Source: Dehalococcoidia bacterium (GTDB lineage: Bacteria > Chloroflexota > Dehalococcoidia > UBA2979). From it: a stretch of DNA of 64,000 nt. The stretch lies in NCBI GenBank assembly GCA_029246995.1, contig JAQWMB010000027.1, forward strand, positions 107,072 to 171,071. The letters run 5' to 3'. Position 1 is the stretch's first letter. Every line of letters begins with the position of its first letter. Below are positions 24,988 through 33,093 of the stretch, in pieces. The notes beneath the pieces are model-generated. The model saw only the letters and a list, made by a program, of their open reading frames with translations. It had not been told where the DNA came from and did no database searches. Made by a program: the position numbers and the translations under genes.

Positions 24988-26151
24988 ATGACCTTTGTTA
25001 TTACGTCTCCTTGCATAGATACAAAAGATAAAGCATGCGTTGATGTATGCCCTGTCGACTGTATTCATTTTGAAGATGGCGTTGATACTATGCTATTTAT
25101 TAATCCTGTTGAATGCATTGATTGTGGTGCATGTGAACCTGCTTGTCCAGTAACTGCTATCTTTGAAGAAGGTGGCATTCCTGATGATCAAAGTAATTTC
25201 ATTGAAATTAATGCTTTATGGTATGATGATCCAAGTGCTGCACGTGCCAAAATAGGCGGAGGCACACCAGAGGCAAGACCAGAGGTAGACAATGTAGATG
25301 CACAATCGGATGAGAGTGCAGAAGCTAAAGAACAAATATCAACTGAAGAAGCACCAGCCATAGCAAGTAATGAGCCAGAGAAAGTAGCAGATGTAGTAGA
25401 GAGCCCTGCTCCTGTAGCGATGAGTTCGCCTCAACAAATTGAAGCATCAGATGTGATAACAAAAAATCAATCTTTACCTTCACCTGCTTCGATTTTGGCA
25501 TTAATTCCATTTTTATTTTTATTTATCATATCTTGGATATTTCCTGGGCCAATTATTTTTGAAATTGCTAACTTGAAGATCGGTATTATAACAATCAGTA
25601 GCTTCTTAGTAGGTAACATATTTTTATTATTATTTATGCTTTTTGAAGGCAAGTCAATTGCAAAATTTTCATCAATGGGTCATAGAGATGTCTTAGTATG
25701 GCGAGATAAGCCTGCTGAGTGGCGTAAAAGTGAAGAATCTCGTAGGCTTGATATTGAATCTGTTGTTAAGGAAATTGCTAAGAATAGTTTTGCTTATCCA
25801 ACTAATGAATATCCTGCTTTAAAAACATTTGTTAATTTGCCTGAACCTGAACTTGGGATAGAAATTGTTGGTGGTATTGGTGGTAGAATCTATCCTGATA
25901 TTATTGTTGCTGAACAACCAGGCAATTATCCAAAACTAATAGGGCAAATAGAATCCGCTGAAACTGTTACCAGAGAACAAGCTGAGAGAGTTTGGTCTAG
26001 ATTGGATAATGCTGACTCTATAACATTTATTTTTGTACCAACTGGACATGCTGCTCGTGCAAAAGATTATATTCGCTCAACAGGGATAAAGAATGTACAG
26101 GTCAGAACTTGGAAGCGAACGGGTGATGCTATAAGAGTCCTTATTGCATAA
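24988..26151 (+). CDS. 7Fe (3Fe-4S + 4Fe-4S) FdxA-type ferredoxin fused to an acidic linker, two TM helices and an uncharacterised C-terminal domain
   Basis: C-x7-C-x3-C-P...C-x2-C-x2-C-x3-C-P pattern (CIDTKDKACVDVCPVDC...CIDCGACEPACP). TM helices at about aa 167-191 and 197-219. C-terminal domain has YPDIIV...IGQIES. Confidence 0.8.
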   Translation: MTFVITSPCIDTKDKACVDVCPVDCIHFEDGVDTMLFINPVECIDCGACEPACPVTAIFEEGGIPDDQSNFIEINALWYDDPSAARAKIGGGTPEARPEVDNVDAQSDESAEAKEQISTEEAPAIASNEPEKVADVVESPAPVAMSSPQQIEASDVITKNQSLPSPASILALIPFLFLFIISWIFPGPIIFEIANLKIGIITISSFLVGNIFLLLFMLFEGKSIAKFSSMGHRDVLVWRDKPAEWRKSEESRRLDIESVVKEIAKNSFAYPTNEYPALKTFVNLPEPELGIEIVGGIGGRIYPDIIVAEQPGNYPKLIGQIESAETVTREQAERVWSRLDNADSITFIFVPTGHAARAKDYIRSTGIKNVQVRTWKRTGDAIRVLIA

Positions 26152-26165
26152 TAATCAATAGTTAC

Positions 26166-26324
26166 TTAGCTATTATCAGCATAAATACCGAGTGGCTTTA
26201 TGCAAAGTTTGTGTAATTCGCGTTTTGCTTGCATAGATTTTTTTTGTGCATTATACTCGCTGGCAAAATTATTTAATATATTTGCTATTAAAATGCCTGC
26301 GATTAAAGTTACTAGATAAAACAT
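26166..26324 (-). CDS. Unlisted small membrane protein (52 aa)
   Basis: AAAGGA Shine-Dalgarno site 7 nt upstream of the ATG. MFYLVTLIAGILIANILNNF is one TM helix followed by a basic tail. Below the ORF-track length cut-off. Confidence 0.4.
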   Translation of the reverse strand: MFYLVTLIAGILIANILNNFASEYNAQKKSMQAKRELHKLCIKPLGIYADNS

Positions 26325-26388
26325 TTTTACATCCTTTTGTTATTAATCTATTTTAGAATATATGTTCTAAAAATGTCAATCAAAAGAA

Positions 26389-27690
26389 TTATTGAATTGT
26401 ACTTTTTTTCATAAATGGCTGTAAAACATCAGGGATAGCAATTGAATTATCTTTGAAGTTTTGCTCTATTAACGCTGCTAAAGTTCGAGGTAATGCTAGC
26501 CCTGATGCATTAAGAGTATGGAGAAATGTATTACTTCCTTTTACATCTTTATAACGAATATTTGCTCTTCTTGTTTGAAAATCGAGAAAATTTGAAACAG
26601 AAGATACTTCTAACCATTCTTCTGAACCCGGCGCCCAAACTTCTATATCATATGTTTTTGATGAAGCAAAAGATGTGTCCTGGCTAGCTAATAGTAAAAC
26701 TCGAAATCGTAATCCTAGTTGCTTAACGATATTTAGACTATCTTCAAGCAATTGTTCATGCATAGCTATAGAATCTATGGGTTCTACAAAATTGACTAAC
26801 TCAACTTTATCAAATTGATGCCCTCGCTTAATACCTCTTACTTCTTTGCCTGCACTCATTTTTTCTCTTCTAAAACATGGGGTATAGGCAACATGCTTGA
26901 TTGGAAGATCATTAGAACTTAGAATTTCTTCTCTATAAAGATTTGTAACTGGCACTTCAGCGGTGGGTACAAGCCATAAATCTTCTTCAATATCCTTATA
27001 AAGATTTTCACCAAATTTTGGTAATTGCGCTGTACCAATTAACATTTCTTCTTTAACTAATGCGGGAGGATAGATTTCAGAATATCCTCGCTCAGTATGC
27101 TCCTCAAGCATCCAGTTAATGAGACTTCTTTGTAGCTTAGCCCCATCTTTCATTAAAACGTAAAATCTTTGACCAGAAATTTTTACGCCTCTTTCAAAAT
27201 CAATGATTCCTAATTGTTTGGCAATATCCCAATGACCTGGTACTTTATCGTAATCAGATTTTAATGGTTTATCTGCAATAGTTGCATCTGCTTCAACTTG
27301 TAAAATTTCATGGCCTTTACCTTGTAAAATGATTTTTGCTTCCTGTTCACCGCCTTCATGTATGTCATCTTGTAAAATATTTGGCATTTCTAATAAGAGT
27401 TGAGTTAATTGATCCTCCGTACTCCTCAGTGCATCTTCAAGTTCATGAATTTTAGCAGATGTTTCTTTTTGAGAGTCTATGATTGCTTTTTTTTCTTTTT
27501 CATCTATTTGTGGATTAATTTGTTTCGAAGATTTTTTTCTTATAGATCTTAATTCATCCAAGGTAGAAACAAGCTGTCTTTTTTTTTCATCAACTTCTAA
27601 AACTTGATTTACAGAAAATATATATTTTCTTTTTTTATATATTTCTTGAATATATTCAGATTTTTCACGTATTAATTTTATTGGAAGCAT
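26389..27690 (-). CDS. serS: Seryl-tRNA synthetase
   Basis: N-terminal coiled-coil arm. Class II motifs FRRE, GRGLIRVHQF-type (RGIKRGHQFDKVE) and NASGLALPRTLAALIE. Confidence 0.95.
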   Translation of the reverse strand: MLPIKLIREKSEYIQEIYKKRKYIFSVNQVLEVDEKKRQLVSTLDELRSIRKKSSKQINPQIDEKEKKAIIDSQKETSAKIHELEDALRSTEDQLTQLLLEMPNILQDDIHEGGEQEAKIILQGKGHEILQVEADATIADKPLKSDYDKVPGHWDIAKQLGIIDFERGVKISGQRFYVLMKDGAKLQRSLINWMLEEHTERGYSEIYPPALVKEEMLIGTAQLPKFGENLYKDIEEDLWLVPTAEVPVTNLYREEILSSNDLPIKHVAYTPCFRREKMSAGKEVRGIKRGHQFDKVELVNFVEPIDSIAMHEQLLEDSLNIVKQLGLRFRVLLLASQDTSFASSKTYDIEVWAPGSEEWLEVSSVSNFLDFQTRRANIRYKDVKGSNTFLHTLNASGLALPRTLAALIEQNFKDNSIAIPDVLQPFMKKSTIQ

Positions 27691-27750
27691 GCTCTGGCCA
27701 TTCTATGTTTAAATTATCAATTACCTTTTATTTATTATTAATTTTGGTTA

Positions 27751-29202
27751 TTAATCTTTAGATTTCATTGCTGGGAAAAGTATAATTTCTCTAATAGAAT
27801 GTTCTCCCATAAATAACATTACTAATCTTTCAATACCAAGGCCTAAGCCACCGGCTGGTGGCATACCATATTCTAAAGCTTCCACAAAATCTTCATCAAT
27901 AAGTTCGATCTCTTCTTCTTTTTCCTCTGTTTTACCTGCTTGCTCAATCATTCGTATTCTTTGATCTACTGGGTCATTAAGTTCTGAGTAAGCATTAGCA
28001 AACTCATAACCTAAAATAAATAATTCAAATCTCTCAACAAATTTTTCGTTATTTTTAATCTTTTTAGCAAGAGGTGAGATTTCTGTTGGATAATCAAATA
28101 TAAATGTTGGTTGAATTAATTGAGGCTCAACATATTTTTTCATTAATTCATCAAGTATGATAGCTTGCGAGTTATTCAAATCTATCTCAAGCCCTATTTT
28201 TTTAACTTGATCTGTTAAATCTTTAAGGTTATGCACATTAATATAATCAATGCCAGTATATTTTTTTAAAGCTTCTACATATGTATATTTTGCCCATTCT
28301 TTATCAAGTTCAATAGTATGTTCTCCATTATCTATGCTTGTTGAACCAATCACTTGTTGTGCAGCATGTATGATTAATTCTTTTACCATCTTTGCAACAT
28401 CATTGTAATCTGCATATGCTTCATAGGATTCTAGTAAAGTAAATTCAGGATTATGTCTATATGAAATACCTTCATTTCTAAAAACTTTACCAATTTCAAA
28501 TATCTTTTCAAATCCTCCAATTAGTAATCTTTTTAAATGAAGCTCAAGAGATATTCTTAAATAAAGATCTTGGTCAAGTTGATTATGATGAGTAATAAAT
28601 GGTTTTGCAGCTGCGCCACCTGCATTTTCTTGGAGTACTGGTGTCTGCATCTCAATAAATTCATTCTCATGAAAAAAACTTCTTATTACATGAATAGTAT
28701 TTGAAAAAGCAATTGCCAATTCTTTTGAACGATCATTAGAAATTAGATCAAGGTGCCTTGATCTATAACGAGTTTCAGGGTCAACAAGACCATGCCACTT
28801 TTCCGGGGGAGGCCTTAAAGCTTTAGAGATAATCATAATATCTTCAACAGCGATGGTCAGTTCTTCTGTCTTTGTTTTAAAAATTGGTCCATATACAGAT
28901 ATGTAATCTCCAAGATCAATTAGATTTAAGATTTCGTAATTTTTTAATTTTTCTTTACTCATTTGTATCTGCATTATCCCACTTTGGTCTTTAATATTTA
29001 AAAAAGCTATCTTACCCATTTTACGTTTAGATTGAACTCGGCCATTAATTCGGTATGATTGTTCATTATTTTGTTCACCAATAGATCTTATAGATGCAAC
29101 AGTATCAGACTTTTCTACTCTAGATGGATAAGGGTTGCCATTTTCTAATAGTGCGGTTCTTTTTTCTTTTCTTGCATTGATTAGTTGTTCTTCATTAGGC
29201 AT
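27751..29202 (-). CDS. lysS: Lysyl-tRNA synthetase, class II
   Basis: OB-fold N-domain; RYRHLDL-type (RYRSRHLDL), FRNEGIS, ELNDP, GGLGLGIERLVM. Confidence 0.95.
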   Translation of the reverse strand: MPNEEQLINARKEKRTALLENGNPYPSRVEKSDTVASIRSIGEQNNEQSYRINGRVQSKRKMGKIAFLNIKDQSGIMQIQMSKEKLKNYEILNLIDLGDYISVYGPIFKTKTEELTIAVEDIMIISKALRPPPEKWHGLVDPETRYRSRHLDLISNDRSKELAIAFSNTIHVIRSFFHENEFIEMQTPVLQENAGGAAAKPFITHHNQLDQDLYLRISLELHLKRLLIGGFEKIFEIGKVFRNEGISYRHNPEFTLLESYEAYADYNDVAKMVKELIIHAAQQVIGSTSIDNGEHTIELDKEWAKYTYVEALKKYTGIDYINVHNLKDLTDQVKKIGLEIDLNNSQAIILDELMKKYVEPQLIQPTFIFDYPTEISPLAKKIKNNEKFVERFELFILGYEFANAYSELNDPVDQRIRMIEQAGKTEEKEEEIELIDEDFVEALEYGMPPAGGLGLGIERLVMLFMGEHSIREIILFPAMKSKD

Positions 29203-29386
29203 ATTGCTCTGTCATTTCTTTTTAATTATTTATGGTTTTTATGTATTGCTTCATCAATAATCCATAATTATTGAACTACTTTAATTAAAGTTATTAATGT
29301 ATAGTAACCCTATATGCATTTGAATGTAAATAAGCATAAAATATTGAAACGTAGTATTTTTATTACTATTTTTTTTGGAGCATTCA

Positions 29387-31279
29387 ATGAATGATGAATT
29401 CGATAATAGCAATAATTTTCCAATTAATAAAGATGTATTCAATGATTATGATTTAGGTTCTTCAAGTCCAAAAAAGAAGAAACTGAATACTCTGATCCCC
29501 ATTATTTTAATATTTATTATTATTATTTTTGTAAGTTTTGGTAGCTTGCCATTTGGCTCAGATAATCCACAAGATAAAACAGAAGTTGTTGCAGAACAAT
29601 ATAAGGTTTCTAAGAAAAATATTCCTTCTAACTTACCACCTGAATTTTCCCCTATTTCAAATTATTATGACATTGATATCATTGATCCAGAAATAATAGG
29701 CAAAAAAATAGCTATTAGTTTAAAATTAACTGAACCAGTCAAGGATAATGAAGAACCATTTTTTTATTTCTTTGATCCTATTTATGGAGAATGGAATAGA
29801 TTAACTAAAGCTTTACTTAATTTAGATGAGAGTGTAGCATCAGCTGAAATATCTAAGTTGCCTAATAATATTCTTGTAGTCTCTAGCCCAAATCAAGTAA
29901 GATTCTTAAGTTTGAATAATTGTATTGGATGTGATTTATCAATTTATCCAAAAGATCAAAGTAATAGCATCATGGTTGGTTCACCTGATTTAGCAGGGCT
30001 TGATGATAAGTTAACTATAAATAATCTTAAGAATAATGAATTGATAGATGTTGAAAATTTCTATTATGGCATCATCACTAATGATCAAAGAAGTTCTGAA
30101 ATTCTCGATTATATTCTTGATGATAATAATAGAATTGATGAACATATTCAAAATATTATATCTGAAGCTAAAAGATTGAATGCTAATGGCATACATATTA
30201 ATTACCAAAATGTTAAATCTAAAAATAAAAAATCATTTAGTGAATTTATAGAAAGATTGAACGATATTTTAATGAATCAGAGCTTTGATTCTTTAATAGT
30301 ATCTTTACCAGTAAGCTCGAATATCAATGATTCACCGTATGATTGGAATTTCATTACTGAGATTGTCGATAGAATCTGGGTTCATCCAATAGAAGATGGC
30401 TCGAAGTTTTATAAAGAGTTAGATGCTTTTGTGGCATCAATTAATGAACAAGGTATTGCAAGTAATAAATTACATTTAGTGCTAGATTCTATGACTAAAG
30501 AGCGGTCTCTTGATGGTATCAATTCAATTTCTCGCATTGATGCATTGAAGATTGCTACTGAATTTAGCACTGCTATAGAACAGAAAGCAATAACACCAAA
30601 TACACCAATTACGTTAAATGCTTTAAATTTAAACACATTAAATACAGGCAACAACCAAATCAAATGGGATGATATTTCGCAATCTGTTTCTTTTAGATAC
30701 AACTTGGATAGTAGTGAGCGTAGCGTTTGGATTCAAAATAGTTTTTCATTGAGATTTCAATTATTTTTTGCAGAGAAAAATCAATTTGGTGGAGTTGTTA
30801 TTGATACTGATAATGTAGACATTCAATCAGCAATATATTGGGAACTTCTTAATAAGTATATTACTACCAGTGAAGTAGAATTATTAAAACCGTTTGAAGA
30901 TTATGTAACAGTGAGTTGGACTGCAACTGATGGTGAATTTGAGAATAATAATGGAAAGTCTGTTACTTGGCGTGCACCTGAAAAACCTGGGGTATACAAG
31001 TTGCAATTGAATGCTTCAGATGGTGAAGTGTTTTTGTCAACCGAGATTATGATTAACGTAGTTGCAGAAAAAAGTGCAGTTTTGCGTATTAATTCTATCC
31101 GTTCCCTTTTACCGCAGATTAATATTGAAAAAATTAAAATCTTGCCATCTCCCATTATAATAGATGAAAAGCCAAATGTAGAGGCTAATAATATCCTACA
31201 GGTGGAACCGATCATAGATTTAAAAGTTATTCGATATCAGCCAATCCCTATTGGTCCTCCTGGTCCTGCTGGAAATTAG
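29387..31279 (+). CDS. Membrane-anchored GH18-like (chitinase/YdhD-like fold) protein with substituted catalytic motif and Ig-like C-terminal region
   Basis: N-terminal TM helix. NANGIHINYQNV aligns with the GH18 DGxxxDxE block. C-terminal VSWTATDGEF...GVYKLQLNASDGE is Ig/PKD-like. GGAG Shine-Dalgarno site precedes the ATG at 29387. Confidence 0.55.
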   Translation: MNDEFDNSNNFPINKDVFNDYDLGSSSPKKKKLNTLIPIILIFIIIIFVSFGSLPFGSDNPQDKTEVVAEQYKVSKKNIPSNLPPEFSPISNYYDIDIIDPEIIGKKIAISLKLTEPVKDNEEPFFYFFDPIYGEWNRLTKALLNLDESVASAEISKLPNNILVVSSPNQVRFLSLNNCIGCDLSIYPKDQSNSIMVGSPDLAGLDDKLTINNLKNNELIDVENFYYGIITNDQRSSEILDYILDDNNRIDEHIQNIISEAKRLNANGIHINYQNVKSKNKKSFSEFIERLNDILMNQSFDSLIVSLPVSSNINDSPYDWNFITEIVDRIWVHPIEDGSKFYKELDAFVASINEQGIASNKLHLVLDSMTKERSLDGINSISRIDALKIATEFSTAIEQKAITPNTPITLNALNLNTLNTGNNQIKWDDISQSVSFRYNLDSSERSVWIQNSFSLRFQLFFAEKNQFGGVVIDTDNVDIQSAIYWELLNKYITTSEVELLKPFEDYVTVSWTATDGEFENNNGKSVTWRAPEKPGVYKLQLNASDGEVFLSTEIMINVVAEKSAVLRINSIRSLLPQINIEKIKILPSPIIIDEKPNVEANNILQVEPIIDLKVIRYQPIPIGPPGPAGN

Positions 31280-31297
31280 TATTCGTAAGGATTTAAA

Positions 31298-31843
31298 TTG
31301 CTAGTTGTTACTGGTGGAATTGCAAAGGGAAGAAAACTTAAATTGCCTGATCGTAAAGTTACACGACCAACATCACAAATTGTGAGAGAATCAATTTTTG
31401 CAATTATTAATAATCTACAACCAGATTTTTTTCAAGTCATCGATCTTTATGCTGGAAGTGGCATGCTCGGAATAGAAGCTTTATCTAGGGGTGCAGAACA
31501 TTGTATTTTTGTGGAGTCTAATAGATCTGTATCTAGGCTGATTAGAACTAATTTGCTTACTACGTCATTACTTAATAAATCAAAAATTATTAATGCAAGT
31601 GTTGGAAAATGGAAACTTGTCACAAAAGATGTTTCAACCTTAATATTGGCAGACCCCCCCTTTAATGATGAGCTCAAATGGATTAATATAGAAAAATCTT
31701 TGGGAGATCTTTCTTTTCATAAAAAAGTTCTTTTAGTTATTGAGCACTTTCATAAAGATGATGCACCAAAAAAAAATAGTGGCTTAAAACTATATCAAAG
31801 TAGAAGGCACGGAGATTCTATAATTAGTTTTTATAAAAACTAA
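31298..31843 (+). CDS. rsmD: 16S rRNA (guanine966-N2)-methyltransferase
   Basis: GGIAKGRKLKLP, DLYAGSGMLGIEALSRGA, ADPPF. Confidence 0.88.
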   Translation: MLVVTGGIAKGRKLKLPDRKVTRPTSQIVRESIFAIINNLQPDFFQVIDLYAGSGMLGIEALSRGAEHCIFVESNRSVSRLIRTNLLTTSLLNKSKIINASVGKWKLVTKDVSTLILADPPFNDELKWINIEKSLGDLSFHKKVLLVIEHFHKDDAPKKNSGLKLYQSRRHGDSIISFYKN

Positions 31844-31878
31844 TATGTATGTTAAATTTAGATTGATAGAGGGTAAAA

Positions 31879-32355
31879 ATGACTGTTGCAATGTATCCAG
31901 GTAGATTTGATCCAGTTACTAATGGCCATATTGATATTGTAGATAGATCATCGAAATTGTTTGATCACGTTATCATTGCCGTTGCAAAAGGTAATGAAGA
32001 GAGTAATCTTTTTTCAGCTGAAGAAAGAGCAACAATGTTTAAGGAATCTACTACAAAATATAAAAATGTAAGTGTTCAGACATTTGATGGTTTAACTATT
32101 GATATAGCAAGGAAATCTAAAGTCGATGTCTTGATTAGAGGCTTGCGTGCTGTAACTGATTTTACTACAGAATTTGATATGGCTCTGATGAATAGAGACA
32201 TGGAGCGTAAAATAGAATCAATATTTTTTATTACATCACTAGGAAATTTATTTTTAAGCGCTAGTAGAGTTAGAGAGTTAGCAAGCTATGGTGTCAGTGT
32301 GGATCAATATGTTCCTAAAACAGTTGCAAAAATGTTAAATAAGAAATTCAATTAA
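31879..32355 (+). CDS. coaD: Phosphopantetheine adenylyltransferase
   Basis: YPGRFDPVTNGHIDIV, GLRAVTDFTTEFDMA, SASRVRE. Confidence 0.95.
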   Translation: MTVAMYPGRFDPVTNGHIDIVDRSSKLFDHVIIAVAKGNEESNLFSAEERATMFKESTTKYKNVSVQTFDGLTIDIARKSKVDVLIRGLRAVTDFTTEFDMALMNRDMERKIESIFFITSLGNLFLSASRVRELASYGVSVDQYVPKTVAKMLNKKFN

Positions 32356-32370
32356 ATAGAATGAGGTAGT

Positions 32371-33090
32371 ATGGATTTATTATATTTAGTTGATCAATTA
32401 GAAGATTTAGTTGCATCTGCAAAAAAAATGCCATTAGGTAATCGTTTAATGATTTCCAATGATCGAATATTAGAAATTCTTGATGAATTACGTATTGCTA
32501 TCCCTAATGATGTTCGGGAAGCTGAAGAATTGATTAGTCAAAAAACATCAATCATAAGAACTGCAGAGGAAGAAGCTAAACTCTTACTGTCTACTGCAGA
32601 GTCAAAAGCAAGTAATCTTATGGAAGACCATGAAATTGTTCAAAATGCTAGGCTTAAGGCTGATCAAATTATTCAACAAGGAGAAAATAATTTAAAAGAT
32701 AGAATTAATCAAGCAAATCAAGAAATTCAAAAAAGAATCGAAGATTCAAGAGTTTTAGCTCAGCAAGAGATGGGTGCTGCTGACAATTATGCAAAACAGT
32801 TATTAGAAAGATTGGATAGGCAATTACAAGCTTTTGTTTCTTCTGTGCATGGAGGGTTAGAACAACTAGATCGTATTAATGATACGTCTTTTAATCAGTC
32901 AGCTCATGAAAATAATGTTGCAGAAAAGACTGAAGATGTTATAAGCCTGGAATCATCTGAGCACGATCAAGATGGTAAACAAGTTAAACAAGAATTAGAA
33001 GTTAAAGAATATGAAGAAGAAATAATTAATGATATTGATGAAAAAATCGTAGATGATTATTCATTGAATGATTTTGATGAACAAAAATGA
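32371..33090 (+). CDS. Conserved coiled-coil protein (ATPase subunit-H/b-like annotation class) with acidic tail
   Basis: N-terminus LVDQLEDLVASAKKMPLGNRLMISNDRILEILDELRIAIPNDVREAEELI resembles a family commonly found after coaD in Firmicutes- and Chloroflexi-type genomes. Function unknown. Confidence 0.5.
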   Translation: MDLLYLVDQLEDLVASAKKMPLGNRLMISNDRILEILDELRIAIPNDVREAEELISQKTSIIRTAEEEAKLLLSTAESKASNLMEDHEIVQNARLKADQIIQQGENNLKDRINQANQEIQKRIEDSRVLAQQEMGAADNYAKQLLERLDRQLQAFVSSVHGGLEQLDRINDTSFNQSAHENNVAEKTEDVISLESSEHDQDGKQVKQELEVKEYEEEIINDIDEKIVDDYSLNDFDEQK

Positions 33091-33093
33091 TGA

